Source of the DNA: a virus | Direction: 5' to 3' (one strand) | IMG/VR virus record: IMGVR_UViG_3300047471_000189 | Coordinates: 14,230-78,229 of that record | DNA length: 64,000 nt | In this document: positions 20,301 to 28,100 of the stretch, one piece after another | How positions within the stretch are numbered: the first letter of the stretch is position 1 | Layout of the letters: every line of letters starts with the position of its first letter | Notes under the pieces: model-generated | Seen by the model: the letters and a program-made list of their open reading frames with translations, nothing else | The model's database searches: none | What the model was told of the DNA's origin: nothing | Position numbers and translations under genes: made by a program

Positions 20301-21154
20301 CCGTTCTTGTAAAGGATGTCCTGCCCACGCTTCCACAGCGCAGGGTCGACCCCGGCTTCGCGCACGGCGTCTTCGACCGGCTTGAACGCTTCCCGGGCTT
20401 TCGCGATAGTTGCGGAGGTTTTAGCCAGAGCTTCCCGCTGTATATCCGAAAGCCCCGCCTTCTCCAGAACACTCTGGACGGCTGGCTCCCCAAACATAGT
20501 ATCGGGAACGAGGTTGGAGGTGATCTCCTTAGCCCGCCGTAGAAGGTCCAGATCATGCCCTCCTGCCTCTAGCGCGGCGTTGACGGCAGGTTCTATTGCC
20601 TTCTGGTCCTTGAACGCTTGTATGGCCGCTTCTGAGGCTTTAACGATCTGTGGGATTTCGGTGTCAGTAAACAAACGGGTACCAGTTTCGGTAACCGCTT
20701 CTTTGAGAGCCGTGGCCCCAGCGCTTTCGATAGCTCCGCCGGTACCGAACGTGGCAGCGGTAAGAGCGACAGACAACGGGGAGGTTAATCCGGAGGCAAT
20801 CTTCTCGACACCCCGTTCAAACCCACCGGCACCTTCGCGGTACTCAGGCATTCCGAACAAGCTTTCGGTAACCGGGGTATTCGCCCAGTCCCACGCACGC
20901 TTGTACCACGGCTGGGATTCGTCTTGATATAGGTGAGACGCTGGTCCCTCCGGAGCAGAAGGTTGTCCATTATTCGGACCGGAAAGACCGGCATCGAATA
21001 GGTTTCCAGTAGCTGCTGGGGAAACGGGAGCAGACGGAGAAACCCCTCCGCCCCCGGTTAACCCTTGGTCAAACAGGTTTCCGGAAGCGATAGGGGTTGT
21101 CTTTGTGACAGGAGAAGACTCCAGTCCTTGGTCAAACAGATTGGTATTGGCCAT
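11294..21154 (-). CDS. Giant (3286 aa) polyvalent virion/ejection protein
   Basis: Position after internal virion genes; zincin-like SEELHH, ART-like HGT..GYDG..E, glycosylase-like ALSP..TNDTW..QAAAW and EELQSDW modules. Confidence 0.75.
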   Translation of the reverse strand: MANTNLFDQGLESSPVTKTTPIASGNLFDQGLTGGGGVSPSAPVSPAATGNLFDAGLSGPNNGQPSAPEGPASHLYQDESQPWYKRAWDWANTPVTESLFGMPEYREGAGGFERGVEKIASGLTSPLSVALTAATFGTGGAIESAGATALKEAVTETGTRLFTDTEIPQIVKASEAAIQAFKDQKAIEPAVNAALEAGGHDLDLLRRAKEITSNLVPDTMFGEPAVQSVLEKAGLSDIQREALAKTSATIAKAREAFKPVEDAVREAGVDPALWKRGQDILYKNGLTEHDLIGGNLMERGSFQLIRKAVPTMPIAATARAAKTANYLLNAGFTYQQLEMGAQMSPQFLDALKSGDYDKAMEYGTEMVAGYGLGVLGATHALHSAGELFKPLIQEGAFRPNDEWLAVDRTNKEREAQHAVAEQHAIEIDQHARQLLGHEEPRAVLGDSTEVKALKNDELAETFAHAETGSDAEKAAAIASALRRADGRADEIDPNNGQPPTGTPIAPADMPPRAGTEVAHSNDAGQVRIGADGRPVVWLTPSAWAQFNHATEPGNPIKGVSFAPDEIGTLGRSLENAGVSQNKEIQELFQSATTLSKQGLLTTAAHPTLLKDQAIPIVSEELHHTWQRELSKDGDIVNHLDGATTHPDGSVTVAPGSQWDRLHGLIPAEWAKRQSDVGYDPSPVVRVVETAAQFLAGRAEGIISPEEQFKFIKEYFKEVEAKHGKDAFANLDKINEIARQHVEDIHAQTEAATRATKQGPVDRSVAGVQEGGRRPAGVGEAEPEVPAKPGLTARELHEDEVQSPIGFVSPNVHNLPNVQDAEFRLNSRPQKLAETLSKDFAEALPGVKAVVRPAIGHWEGGAENSTLQRFAPGTDPDAVEYHNAFITKAGYQNMGAGFVPGAGSDKLFQFRVPLSTADASQIGAVLEAHGIPGDTIEPIPGGHLVHIVSPGDRYRPQVAEVASRLDAGNIGETNGRAFQHGDYESRDAAQRVLDTRLAELESKHPTWGPVRKAFESRPDYVGLSKLTREPREPFVDAVHGTRAEGLDTVSPEKQFTGPQKGAERERAANFPKDYVKKSYWRVEGSHGEPFYERQPYQYKARFNNENLYPWVDDPDKLMSAAYQEAAARGIQGQRGAIGTIYERMMKDAGYDGYYHPGGEIATFKDTPVEQQMREGTSPLSGQVPALGLAARDFTAKEKEEFKKLGGLKLRAGMGEPGSAAIVTGKNKTFVGDWHEDLMDEAGIVPKGYDDAYTALFKAGGVRLRTMRGGLNVEFQKNDPDTVDRVYQSIASSPEAKHYQIEFIHPKGEKGFSASAGDKDTILRKLRDWDEGRGQHAAPAYGSVNYFRQNFSGLYSRDWNSIKKYLTDEEQAKHNTDEKKNSLVAAFNSLPDAEEWSDAVRAGRAGQMWYERSSRAFDALLDSGFDRLHPADKDKFLNFVAALSPVQPVKTNLVMAIEQWAKWDKAGRPTDVVWKDGKPNKSAKLYQMMRRGVDLQSRLGNAIRALQGEPLSGPKVSAFTKNLGEDVNRVTNDTWMAVLAGQDPGRINKPAVYDSMSAKVREAAEAHGIAPRQAQAAAWSFIKSLAELSGWGNDRWIPPQQIVKQGLLTPELVAAHSADFADLLQHDPQIRGLITKLGGDLNAFDEKLKSYVPERPAQGETSGVSDRLLNAAGRLEAARANSAIQRHLEAKSGPQSAFDFGAATDFNPAYMDQHIGGGTGIGAKYIPLYARDNPAPQWYLKSNQIIGSRMQGPMPADTVQKMLENNGVKPDEMKYTGLDEFLRSKGKEPVRPDEVRQYLAANNLQVQEVTKGADAGREEALRNDYFRLGDERSEAMKKAEASGAKADYEEVTRIGELERAALHRLMDHRDQPHDAPKFGTYTLPGGENYREMLLTLPQKTVSGFHVYNPANPNKILATFPTEVEAHRYVSSHLDEDGQVQYDYTANSSTEEHGNFRSSHWDEPNVVGHVRFNDRTGPNGEKLLHLEELQSDWHQKGRTQGYKSELTPEEEQRRYQVARERNVAAEERAYHRQEQDSTAFNEATSRMETLDRELESLNKKKNGGVPDAPFKKTWPELLMKRMVRYAAEHGYDGVLWTPGEDQATRYDLSKQISRVTYAPVDGTLRAFDHSGNQILTENSSPEKLPDYIGKEAANKLLRTPRVDTDTMKDGDRAMVPPSGNPDGKPVEVILHPDRRLNEGNPRESIMVSEVGGKENRWFVELRHLASHELSGVDLKVGGEGMRGFYDKIVPDLANKLGKQFGAKVGETKIDLPPSIGRSEWTYEGPSYDSLELIKMGNKWLKEGGPVSLPHQAQAIANDMKLSGYSFEDAMRRNGSLALAEKLGGKMNMAVPESKSVPYFPITDSMRESVLKQGQPLFARGGPDNGLPSNIDDMIRDNKFKNMPKEYKDRVIRAYERVASGTSPDRVLQTAKYLRDEQDKNWQLGSANDLLHNHIEDYMTRVYKDENPKGKLILSDSKQGKFATDVNMARQRVYDSTVTALLKSPKELFLDPVQTTAQGRAQLIKAAANRQLIDKLRDAGTRASDGRPAVVLSGTGRVVTGQNGEDPKTFIDPNRVRKINLSDDMVRGLKKNGDFDRFIADGTLKDITPYVHPGNIRAAIARLEDRAESKEAQYDQVGNNKLRTDLMYLKSMLNNNDFSGLKEFNDAQPKKYAWDPQDYISLDNGAMKGWNFVTNDSAGNGVLVRSDIKVHPEFAEYLKNRLGLNPSTIGQNPVGKALLGAGTKLKHTLLSLSPFHMVQIALRGVMTGVNPFTLHAPDLIHGAKIDPMDPNSPTKMYKMAEQGLTVGTDYRAMQEHSEGVSAGGGALRMIPGVGKVLAGSMDWFQDLLFRRYIPAIKATAAEHMFDEYQRLHPEWSTDKVAKMAATHANDSFGGINWKAMGRSATTQDWGRLMLLAPDWLESEMRSGVRLFNRDEGGLGRAQVAKMALGLWGIARVLNLLTTGNAHYEAPFGLAVKNKEGKETIFGIRTLPTDLLHAADDPVGFIKGRLSPTVRMGQELLTQRDQFGRKLAPEDMWVDIFRNMAPIAAQSIGQAVTGTGPEIGNLGQAWKASGGTAQVYNTPAQKLAAELASNHNEDGPVDSTQMARHRRVMQLEDQLRSGQITWPDLVKLTYQTDQLKESELKQIQNNFKKTQGIPPDMASLYTRAARLPAAEYLKLYDVLNPQEKAALATLTLQVQKRYLNKVKKEMTPAERAKDPTFNRFMRMIPQQQQQAAPQPQSSYTPPPTAQSPLQKEVAYLYTATHPQTGHRVGSDDGQNWFDHQTGEAVNG
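14008..14022. repeat. Dispersed 15-bp motif copy
   Basis: GTCCATTATCTGGAC, intragenic (GPDNG). Confidence 0.85.
17614..17628. repeat. Dispersed 15-bp motif copy
   Basis: GTCCAGATAATGGAC, intragenic (SPLSG). Confidence 0.85.
19666..19680. repeat. Dispersed 15-bp motif copy (1 mismatch)
   Basis: GTCCATTATTCGGAT, intragenic (DPNNG). Confidence 0.8.
20965..20979. repeat. Dispersed 15-bp motif copy
   Basis: GTCCATTATTCGGAC, intragenic (GPNNG). Confidence 0.85.
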
Positions 21155-21178
21155 GTATTCCTAAATTTCGGCTAGTGG

Positions 21179-22855
21179 TTAAAGCATATTTCCGGGATTG
21201 AACGGAGTAGGCTGGACATTTAGAATCTTTTCGCCTACAGAGCCTTTCGGAACGGAGTCAAAGAAAGGTTTAGGAGCGGCAGGTGTTCTTCCGATAGACG
21301 TTAGAATTTTATTCTTCACATCTTCCGATAACTTGGAGGACTGTAGTTGAGCCACTATTTCGTCTGGAGATAGGCTCGCAATCTTTTGTGCGGTCTGTGG
21401 ATCAAACCCGGGGATGTTTTGTAGAATTGCCAGTACCCCTTGATTCGGATTGGCTCCGGGGGTCTTCCCTATGGTAGTCAACGCCCTTTGTCCCAAACTT
21501 GTCAAGTTCTGAATCTGCCGGAGTACTTCTCCGGCTTCCGCCTGAGAGTTCGGATTCATGGTATCATCGATCAGCGTCTTATACTGCTGGTTAAGAGCAG
21601 GGACCATTTTGTTCATGGACTCTGCTATTATAACACGAGAACCCGGGCTTATCGCATCAAAATTACCACCCTTATCATTTAATTCTTTCAGGGCGTTATT
21701 AAACTGTTCGGCTTGGGTTCTCCCGAGGGCCGCATCCTTGGCTTCCTGACGGATTCGGCTTGCGTCGGCCAGATACTTTGCTTTCTCGGCGTTGTCTTTG
21801 TCGATCTCAACCTGAACCTTCTTGACTCCTAAATCCTGAAGTTGTCGAGTCAGATTATCAGCACGCACTTTATCTGCATCCCGCTTAATCGAGACAAACT
21901 GGGATGCGGTAAGTTGTTTGTTGTCTTTTAGAACTGCACCATATTCTGGGAACCTATCAAATACGCCGTCCTTCTTCCACTGATCGTATGTGGCCGTAGA
22001 CACATTGACTTTGCCCTTCGGATCATAGGCAGTATAAACCCCCTCATACGCTGGTTTTCCGTCGGGACCAACCGTCAGTTTTGTTCCTGTTAGCTCCCAA
22101 TCCAATGTTGTTGACCCGGGGTGATCCGCGATATATTGAGTCTGTTCTGATTCGGGAATGTCTTTAGCCACCGGGGTCATCCCGGCGTCGACATATGACT
22201 GAATCTGTGCTTTTCCGGCATCGGCCATTTTTTGATGAAGTTCGAAACTTTCTCCCTGCATCGTCTGATTCATCCGGAGCGTTTCCACATTAGATAAGGC
22301 GATTTGAGCTTTGCGAAGAGTCTCCTCGCTGGATGCTGCGGCTTGTGCCCGCTTCTCTCTTTCTTGTGCCTGCTGGTTCTGGAACTGCTGTTGGGACTCT
22401 GCTTGCAGTTTGTCCCTCTGTTGTTCCTGTTGCTGTTGTGCAGCACCGGCACCAACGGCGAACGAACCGATACCTCCGCCCATCTTTGCTTGGGCACCAG
22501 AGGCCATGCCCATAATGGCTCCAGACAAAATGCTGCGGAACAACTGACCGGCGGTGTTCTGTTGCTGGACTACAGTTCCGTTCGGTCCGACTTCACCGTG
22601 CGTGCCCATGAGGGCGTGCCACCCCAGTCCAGCTTTAGCCAGTCTCGGGTCGATAGTTGGGGTCTCGGGTTGAGGGGCATCTGGTCTTTGCTGCGCGTTC
22701 TGTGCGGAACTCAGCACATACTGGGCGGCACCCTGTGGCATAGAGGATAACTGAGCCGGGGCGGCGTCCTGCATATTGAGAGGCGTGGAGACGTCAGCAG
22801 GGGCCGGGGCAGCCGTGGGGGTAGCAACAGGTTGAGAGGCTAGAGGATCGGCCAT
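21179..22855 (-). CDS. Internal virion (DNA ejection) protein
   Basis: Gly/Ala-rich amphipathic segment followed by Gln-rich coiled coil; synteny. Confidence 0.6.
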   Translation of the reverse strand: MADPLASQPVATPTAAPAPADVSTPLNMQDAAPAQLSSMPQGAAQYVLSSAQNAQQRPDAPQPETPTIDPRLAKAGLGWHALMGTHGEVGPNGTVVQQQNTAGQLFRSILSGAIMGMASGAQAKMGGGIGSFAVGAGAAQQQQEQQRDKLQAESQQQFQNQQAQEREKRAQAAASSEETLRKAQIALSNVETLRMNQTMQGESFELHQKMADAGKAQIQSYVDAGMTPVAKDIPESEQTQYIADHPGSTTLDWELTGTKLTVGPDGKPAYEGVYTAYDPKGKVNVSTATYDQWKKDGVFDRFPEYGAVLKDNKQLTASQFVSIKRDADKVRADNLTRQLQDLGVKKVQVEIDKDNAEKAKYLADASRIRQEAKDAALGRTQAEQFNNALKELNDKGGNFDAISPGSRVIIAESMNKMVPALNQQYKTLIDDTMNPNSQAEAGEVLRQIQNLTSLGQRALTTIGKTPGANPNQGVLAILQNIPGFDPQTAQKIASLSPDEIVAQLQSSKLSEDVKNKILTSIGRTPAAPKPFFDSVPKGSVGEKILNVQPTPFNPGNML

Positions 22856-23250
22856 TACTTATCTCCTTCTAAAAACCAAGCCAGCGGCGTGGTTGTAGTA
22901 ACTGATTGGTCTTTCAGGGCCCGCTTCAGGAATTTAACGATCTGTTGCTGGCCGAGCTTTTCCACGACACCGAAGACGCGCAACACGTTTTCGAGGGTGT
23001 CCTCGGCCTTGATTCCGGCGCGGGACTTACCTTCGATCTTGATTTGCAGGTCGAACAACCCGGCGCGAATACCAGCGAGCGAGGAAGTGAATACGCGGGT
23101 ACCGTCGTCTGTAATCTCGTTCTTGCCCGGCCTAGAGAACGACTTGACAAGGAGCGGATTACGAAGCTGGTAGCAAACGGAATCGGGGTTGGACCAACCC
23201 TTCAAACTGGCGAGCGCGTCAAACAATGCTTCTAAGCGTGTAACGGACAT
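22855..23250 (-). CDS. Hypothetical virion protein
   Basis: GGAG RBS before MSVTRLE; weak resemblance to RNNNPGN-type virion proteins. Confidence 0.55.
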   Translation of the reverse strand: MSVTRLEALFDALASLKGWSNPDSVCYQLRNPLLVKSFSRPGKNEITDDGTRVFTSSLAGIRAGLFDLQIKIEGKSRAGIKAEDTLENVLRVFGVVEKLGQQQIVKFLKRALKDQSVTTTTPLAWFLEGDK

Positions 23251-23275
23251 TCTCTTCTCCTGTGTCCCTTTAAAA

Positions 23276-24001
23276 TTACGGTTTCTTTGCAAGTCCGCCG
23301 GTTAGATAAGCGCCCGCTGCCCCACCCACCGCCCCCAAAATCGCGTTGAACGGGTTGGCTGCTTGGTTCTCTTGGGCAATCTGGTTCCACGAATTTCCTG
23401 CGGCGGTACTCGCCCCTGTAGCTTGTCCAGCAAACCCTGTAGGGTTATAACCAGCGGCAACTCCGCCCAACTGGCCGAGAGCAGATTCATACATGTTGTA
23501 GCCCTGTTGATACCCGGCGTTCTGAATTCCCAGAAGCTGGTCGGACGCTTGGTTAGCCGCGCTCGACGCCAATGCCGAATTCTGTTGGGCGTTAACTCCG
23601 GACGGGAGCAGGACGTTGCCTCCCCCGGCTGCCGCTTGATTCTCAGCCAGAGCCTTTTTCGCATGGGCATACTGCTGGCCGGTCCCCTGAATGGCTTGGG
23701 AGTTGAGGACGTTTGTCTGGGCATCAGAGAAACCGAATTGATTTGGGCCTTTGGCAACAATAGGATTCAGAGTATTCACCAGAGTCTGGTAAATAGCCTC
23801 CGAATTTCCAAATGTTTGCTTCGCGTCATCCATCATCTGTTTGGTGAAGGCCGTCTGCGCGTTAGCCAAATCAGTCTGTTGAGGGGAAGCTCCTTTGCAA
23901 AGAGCTACAGGACCTGTCCATTTTTCGGACACGCGCCTGACGAGAATGTACCGGCTCTGCCGATCACTCCAGATATACGAAACCGATGTGGTTATTTTCA
24001 T
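23276..24001 (-). CDS. DNA transfer/pilot-like internal virion protein
   Basis: Ala/Gly/Gln-rich, C-terminal GAVGGAAGAYL; synteny. Confidence 0.55.
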   Translation of the reverse strand: MKITTSVSYIWSDRQSRYILVRRVSEKWTGPVALCKGASPQQTDLANAQTAFTKQMMDDAKQTFGNSEAIYQTLVNTLNPIVAKGPNQFGFSDAQTNVLNSQAIQGTGQQYAHAKKALAENQAAAGGGNVLLPSGVNAQQNSALASSAANQASDQLLGIQNAGYQQGYNMYESALGQLGGVAAGYNPTGFAGQATGASTAAGNSWNQIAQENQAANPFNAILGAVGGAAGAYLTGGLAKKP

Positions 24002-24402
24002 TCTAGGTCCTTTAACTTGACGCGAAATACTCGAAACGGGAGTTCCTCGAAGATATGGTTCTTGGCAAACTCATCCGTCGAGTCGTCGCTTCCCAGAAAA
24101 TAAATTTCCCCAACTCCAATACCAGCGGCCTGCGTCACAGCGTTCTGTGTGAGTTCCTTCATCGCCGCAGCGGCTTGGAGCTTGGTAGACCCCGGCCTCA
24201 TTGCCAGACTCTCCAACATGAATGGATGCTGAATAGTCTGGAAGGCAAGAGGTCCGTCTTTATCGAACGCGCACCAAGTTGAGCTAGTGGGGAACAACGC
24301 CACTTGGGGGTCGAATTCGTTAGCCGGGTTTTCTTTGGCCCAGTCGAAAAACATCTGGCCTTCATCGGGCCGGACCGGTCGTACAAAAATTGGTTTACTC
24401 AT
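23998..24402 (-). CDS. GNAT-fold-like protein of the podovirus tail module
   Basis: VRPVRPDE start, size, position between nozzle and ejection genes. Confidence 0.45.
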   Translation of the reverse strand: MSKPIFVRPVRPDEGQMFFDWAKENPANEFDPQVALFPTSSTWCAFDKDGPLAFQTIQHPFMLESLAMRPGSTKLQAAAAMKELTQNAVTQAAGIGVGEIYFLGSDDSTDEFAKNHIFEELPFRVFRVKLKDLE

Positions 24403-24730
24403 TATCCTTGATTTTCTGAAGAAGGATCAGACGGAAGTCGTCCTTCATATCCGACAAATGTTCGTTGGTCTTCTGCAACTCAGCAAGAATGTGCGGGAGG
24501 TGGTTCGTAGAGAGAAGCTCGACAGTCCCCTTGACACTGGTGATAGTCTGCTCGGCCTGTGTAAATCTGGTTAGAGCCATGTTAATCCCTGTGACCGCCC
24601 GGGCGAGAGCCGCACCGATACGGTAAAGAACAACCAAGACAGTGGCCCAGCCACAAACCGCTTGCCAATTTGACGCAATCCAATTGATAACTTGCATAGT
24701 AATTCCAACGAGTTGAGTGTGTGTTGACAT
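24395..24730 (-). CDS. Single-TM membrane protein with coiled coil (holin-like); start uncertain
   Basis: WQAVCGWATVLVVLYRIG hydrophobic segment. Confidence 0.45.
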   Translation of the reverse strand: MSTHTQLVGITMQVINWIASNWQAVCGWATVLVVLYRIGAALARAVTGINMALTRFTQAEQTITSVKGTVELLSTNHLPHILAELQKTNEHLSDMKDDFRLILLQKIKDNE

Positions 24731-24758
24731 CAAGCGTGCCCTTCCCGGGGTATGAAAA

Positions 24759-25130
24759 CTAAGTGGCTGGAACGAGTGAAGTAAGAATCCCATTAACGAG
24801 AGTGATGCTCCCGTTAGTTCCCCCGACCGTTAGCTTTGCTGTAACGATTGTCGTGCTGAGTCCAGTGGGGGCCGCTGTTTTTGGTGCGGCGGACAAGGGT
24901 GCTACCGGGGTAAGTCTGTATTGCGGAATCGAACCACCAGCGTAGTACTGACGAAGGTTGTCCGAAGTAGACGAAACCCCCACTACAGGGAGGGGGCAGC
25001 GCAAAGTCGTGCTGAGAACCGGAGCAGCCTCCGCCGACGTTGGGGCCGACGGAAAATGCTGCGCCGACCGCACGTAGGAACCGCCTACCGGAGAACTTGT
25101 ATCAAGTCTTGAAGCTATTGAAGGCATCAC
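24759..25130 (-). CDS. Hypothetical tail-associated protein
   Basis: Ser/Thr/Gly-rich; C-terminal GSITLVNGILT. Confidence 0.5.
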   Translation of the reverse strand: MMPSIASRLDTSSPVGGSYVRSAQHFPSAPTSAEAAPVLSTTLRCPLPVVGVSSTSDNLRQYYAGGSIPQYRLTPVAPLSAAPKTAAPTGLSTTIVTAKLTVGGTNGSITLVNGILTSLVPAT

Positions 25131-28100
25131 TTCTCCTGATCGAACCCGCCGAATAACGACAAGCTCAACAACTCATTTTTAACTGTGTCCGATCCCCAGT
25201 TCACCATGACCTGAAGGTGACGGCACTTGGCCGGTAGCTGGGTCTGAGATACATAGAACCGTTGGGCATAGGTGCTGACGCTGGGTTCGAGTTCTGTCGG
25301 GTCTTGAACGTACAAGGTGAGAGGTTCAAAGTAGCTGACCGAGGTTATGTTCACAGACAGTGCCTGACCTGTTCCTCCGGTAGTAGCCAGAGCCGTTCCT
25401 GTAGCTGGGTATCCTTCTCCGGGAAGGAGTAAGGAAAGTCCAGTTACTGGACCGGTGGGTCCTCCGGATACGCTCGTAACTTTCGCAAGCCCGCCGGTTC
25501 CTCCGGGATAAACCACGGCGACTATGTCTCCGACGGTGTATCCGGCTCCAGCGTTGTTAGGAGTTATGAAATTGATTCCGAAATACGGAGCGATTTCATC
25601 TAGCTGGATAGCAAGAGAAATTGGAGTTCCGATAGCTTTGGAGTCCGAGGTGAAGCTTTCAATCGTACCCAACTGGCCGGGCTGCGCGATAACGATGCTG
25701 CCAAGGGTGGCCCACGCCGGGTAAGCAGAACCGTTGTCCGTAGAAACCGTGTAGTCCCTCTTCAAGATCGGGCCGCTGGTCTGTGGTCCGAGCAGAAGTT
25801 CGTGCGTACCCGGAAGAACTTCGATGGATTGTACAGCGGAGAACCCGCCAACGATCTGGGCTTTGGGGCTCCATGTTGTGCCGGTTTCGGGAGACGGTGT
25901 GGGAGTCATCCTCCACCAAACTCCGTTGAAGTCCGAAACGTATAATCCCTTATCCTGTGATCCAGCGACGTGCCAAGATATAAAAGTGCTGGACGGAGTA
26001 AAGGTTCCCGTGCCGAGGCCGGGCCCAAATTGATCGCCTATTGGAAACCCGATTTCGGATACACCCGAGCTTGGGTCCAACGTGAGGACCTGATTGTCGG
26101 ATGAGTACAGGTATACGATGCTTCCGTTGACAGAAAAGGCGTCGTAGGAAACGAGCCCGATGTCTGTCAGGAACGGAGCAGAGAAGAACGCGCTTGTTGG
26201 TGTTCCTAACCCCTGAATGATGAAGATATCAGAGATCGTAAACACGAGCAGCCCGGAGGATGTTGGGAACAACCTCGTCACCGTTTCCGGGAACGCGAAT
26301 ACGTTCGACGCAGACCAAGCTTCGTTTCCATTTCCGGCGGTTACATCCGGACCGGTAGAGAAGTAGACAAGGTTGTTGACTGCTCCCCAGATTCTTCCGA
26401 GGTGGTAAGTTAATGCCAGTAGTCCGGTCGGAGGGGGGTCGTTGATTCCGTCGATAGGAGCTTCGATGAGTTCATTAAGTCCGGTATCGGGAGTAGTATC
26501 CGTGTATGTCCACGTCGCTCCGCCACCGGGGTTCGGAATTTCATCTAGGAAGAAGAGGACCGATCCACCCTGTACCGTTCTCCAGATTACAATTGTGTCG
26601 ATCTGTGTCGCAGAAGACCCGGCACCTTGGATAATGGCTAGGTTATCGGCACTGACGAGAATCGGAGCGCTTTCTTGACTTGCTGTCCCAATGTGCCCAG
26701 TAATGCTGTTTTTGTAACTGTAGGCATAGATCCACGCCCCAGTGTTTGCTTCTCCGAAAGGACCAGAGTTCAACCACAGTTCTGTGCTGTCCGTGGTGTA
26801 GGCACCAACAGCGGTAGCCCATGTCGGAGCCGTGGTTCCGCTTTCTCCGAGAATGGTGGTTTTCTCGACGGCGTTGTTAGAATCGAGAATAGCTGTGGCA
26901 AGACTTAGAGTCTGGGTGCTGCCGGGCCACGGGGATAAGGAAGGACCGCTCTGGTTTACCCACACCACTGTGTTGTCAATAGTGGTGGTCCCAACTCCGT
27001 TGGTCCAGTTCGGAAACGTGGTTCCGCTGGTTCCACCAATCGTGCATTGGAATAAGCAGTCTACCGTGACTGCTTGCTGAAAAGTTACAAAGACCGGGTT
27101 CCCAAACTCATCTGTCCCATTTTGTTCAGACGTGGTGATGTAGTAAGTGAAGGTAACCGCAAGTATGTCCCCGGCCACATAAGTATGACCCGTCAACCAT
27201 GTCCCGGGACCGATACATGACCAAGTGACGTCCCCGTCGGCAGTAGTTCCCCCGATGATGGTGTTCCAAGTAGGAGCGGAACCGCCGGTCTGGTGAGGAG
27301 CACTTCCTGTAGAGATAAGTTTCTGGAGGTTGCTGTTCGAATCCAGAATAACGAACAACGGAGCATACCACGTGCTGGCTCCCCACGCCGGGTAAACGGC
27401 AGGAGACGGGGCCTGTGTAACGGTAGGCGTTACAGTGGGAGTAGGTATTCCCCACGGTTCGACCTGTGATCCGAGGTTCTCCCATTGCGCCCCGCCGTCT
27501 TGAGTTATCGCATGAAGAACGGTCGACCACGTCGGTTGTGCGGCACCGGTAGTCCCGCTGCCCGTTGTGATCTGGCCGGTCTCTGCGGCAAACGCTTGAG
27601 TCCCGCCGTTAGCAAATTGAACCTGCTGGCTATTTGAGTTTCCTGTCGAAGTCTGAGTCGTTCCATTTAAAGCAGGAACTGTAGTTAAACCAGACAGGGT
27701 GACCTTAGTTCCAACCGGAATTTCAAGAGAAGTACCGGTCCCCAAGAAAATCGTGGCTGTTCCGGAAGCGATCTGTATGTCGGCAATGTTGCCTGTTTGG
27801 CTCCCGATGTTTAGCTGCAAATTCCCGTTGGGGTCTACGATGTACTGACCAGAGGTAAATGCCGTGTTGGCTTTCCAGATTAGTGGACTTTCTATAAGCT
27901 GGTTGGTAGACACTCCGTCCGAGAAGTAGAGAGTGTTTCCTACTCCCTGAAAGCTGGTGACCTTCGCGTCAGGGTTCTTGTTCCACAGAATCTGATTTGT
28001 GCTCGGTCCCGTTACATCTCGGACCGTGCCGCCTAATCCCGGGATAGGAGTAATAACCGCCTGCCCGGTATCCGGGCTAGTGAAGAAGTTAAAGGTCCCG

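Noticed and set aside
11294-21154. N4-like virion RNA polymerase as the identity of the 3286-aa protein
   Set aside because: I could not find single-subunit RNAP motifs (DxxGR, RxxxKxxxxxxxYG, HD/DD context) or the DxDGD motif; content fits a polyvalent protein
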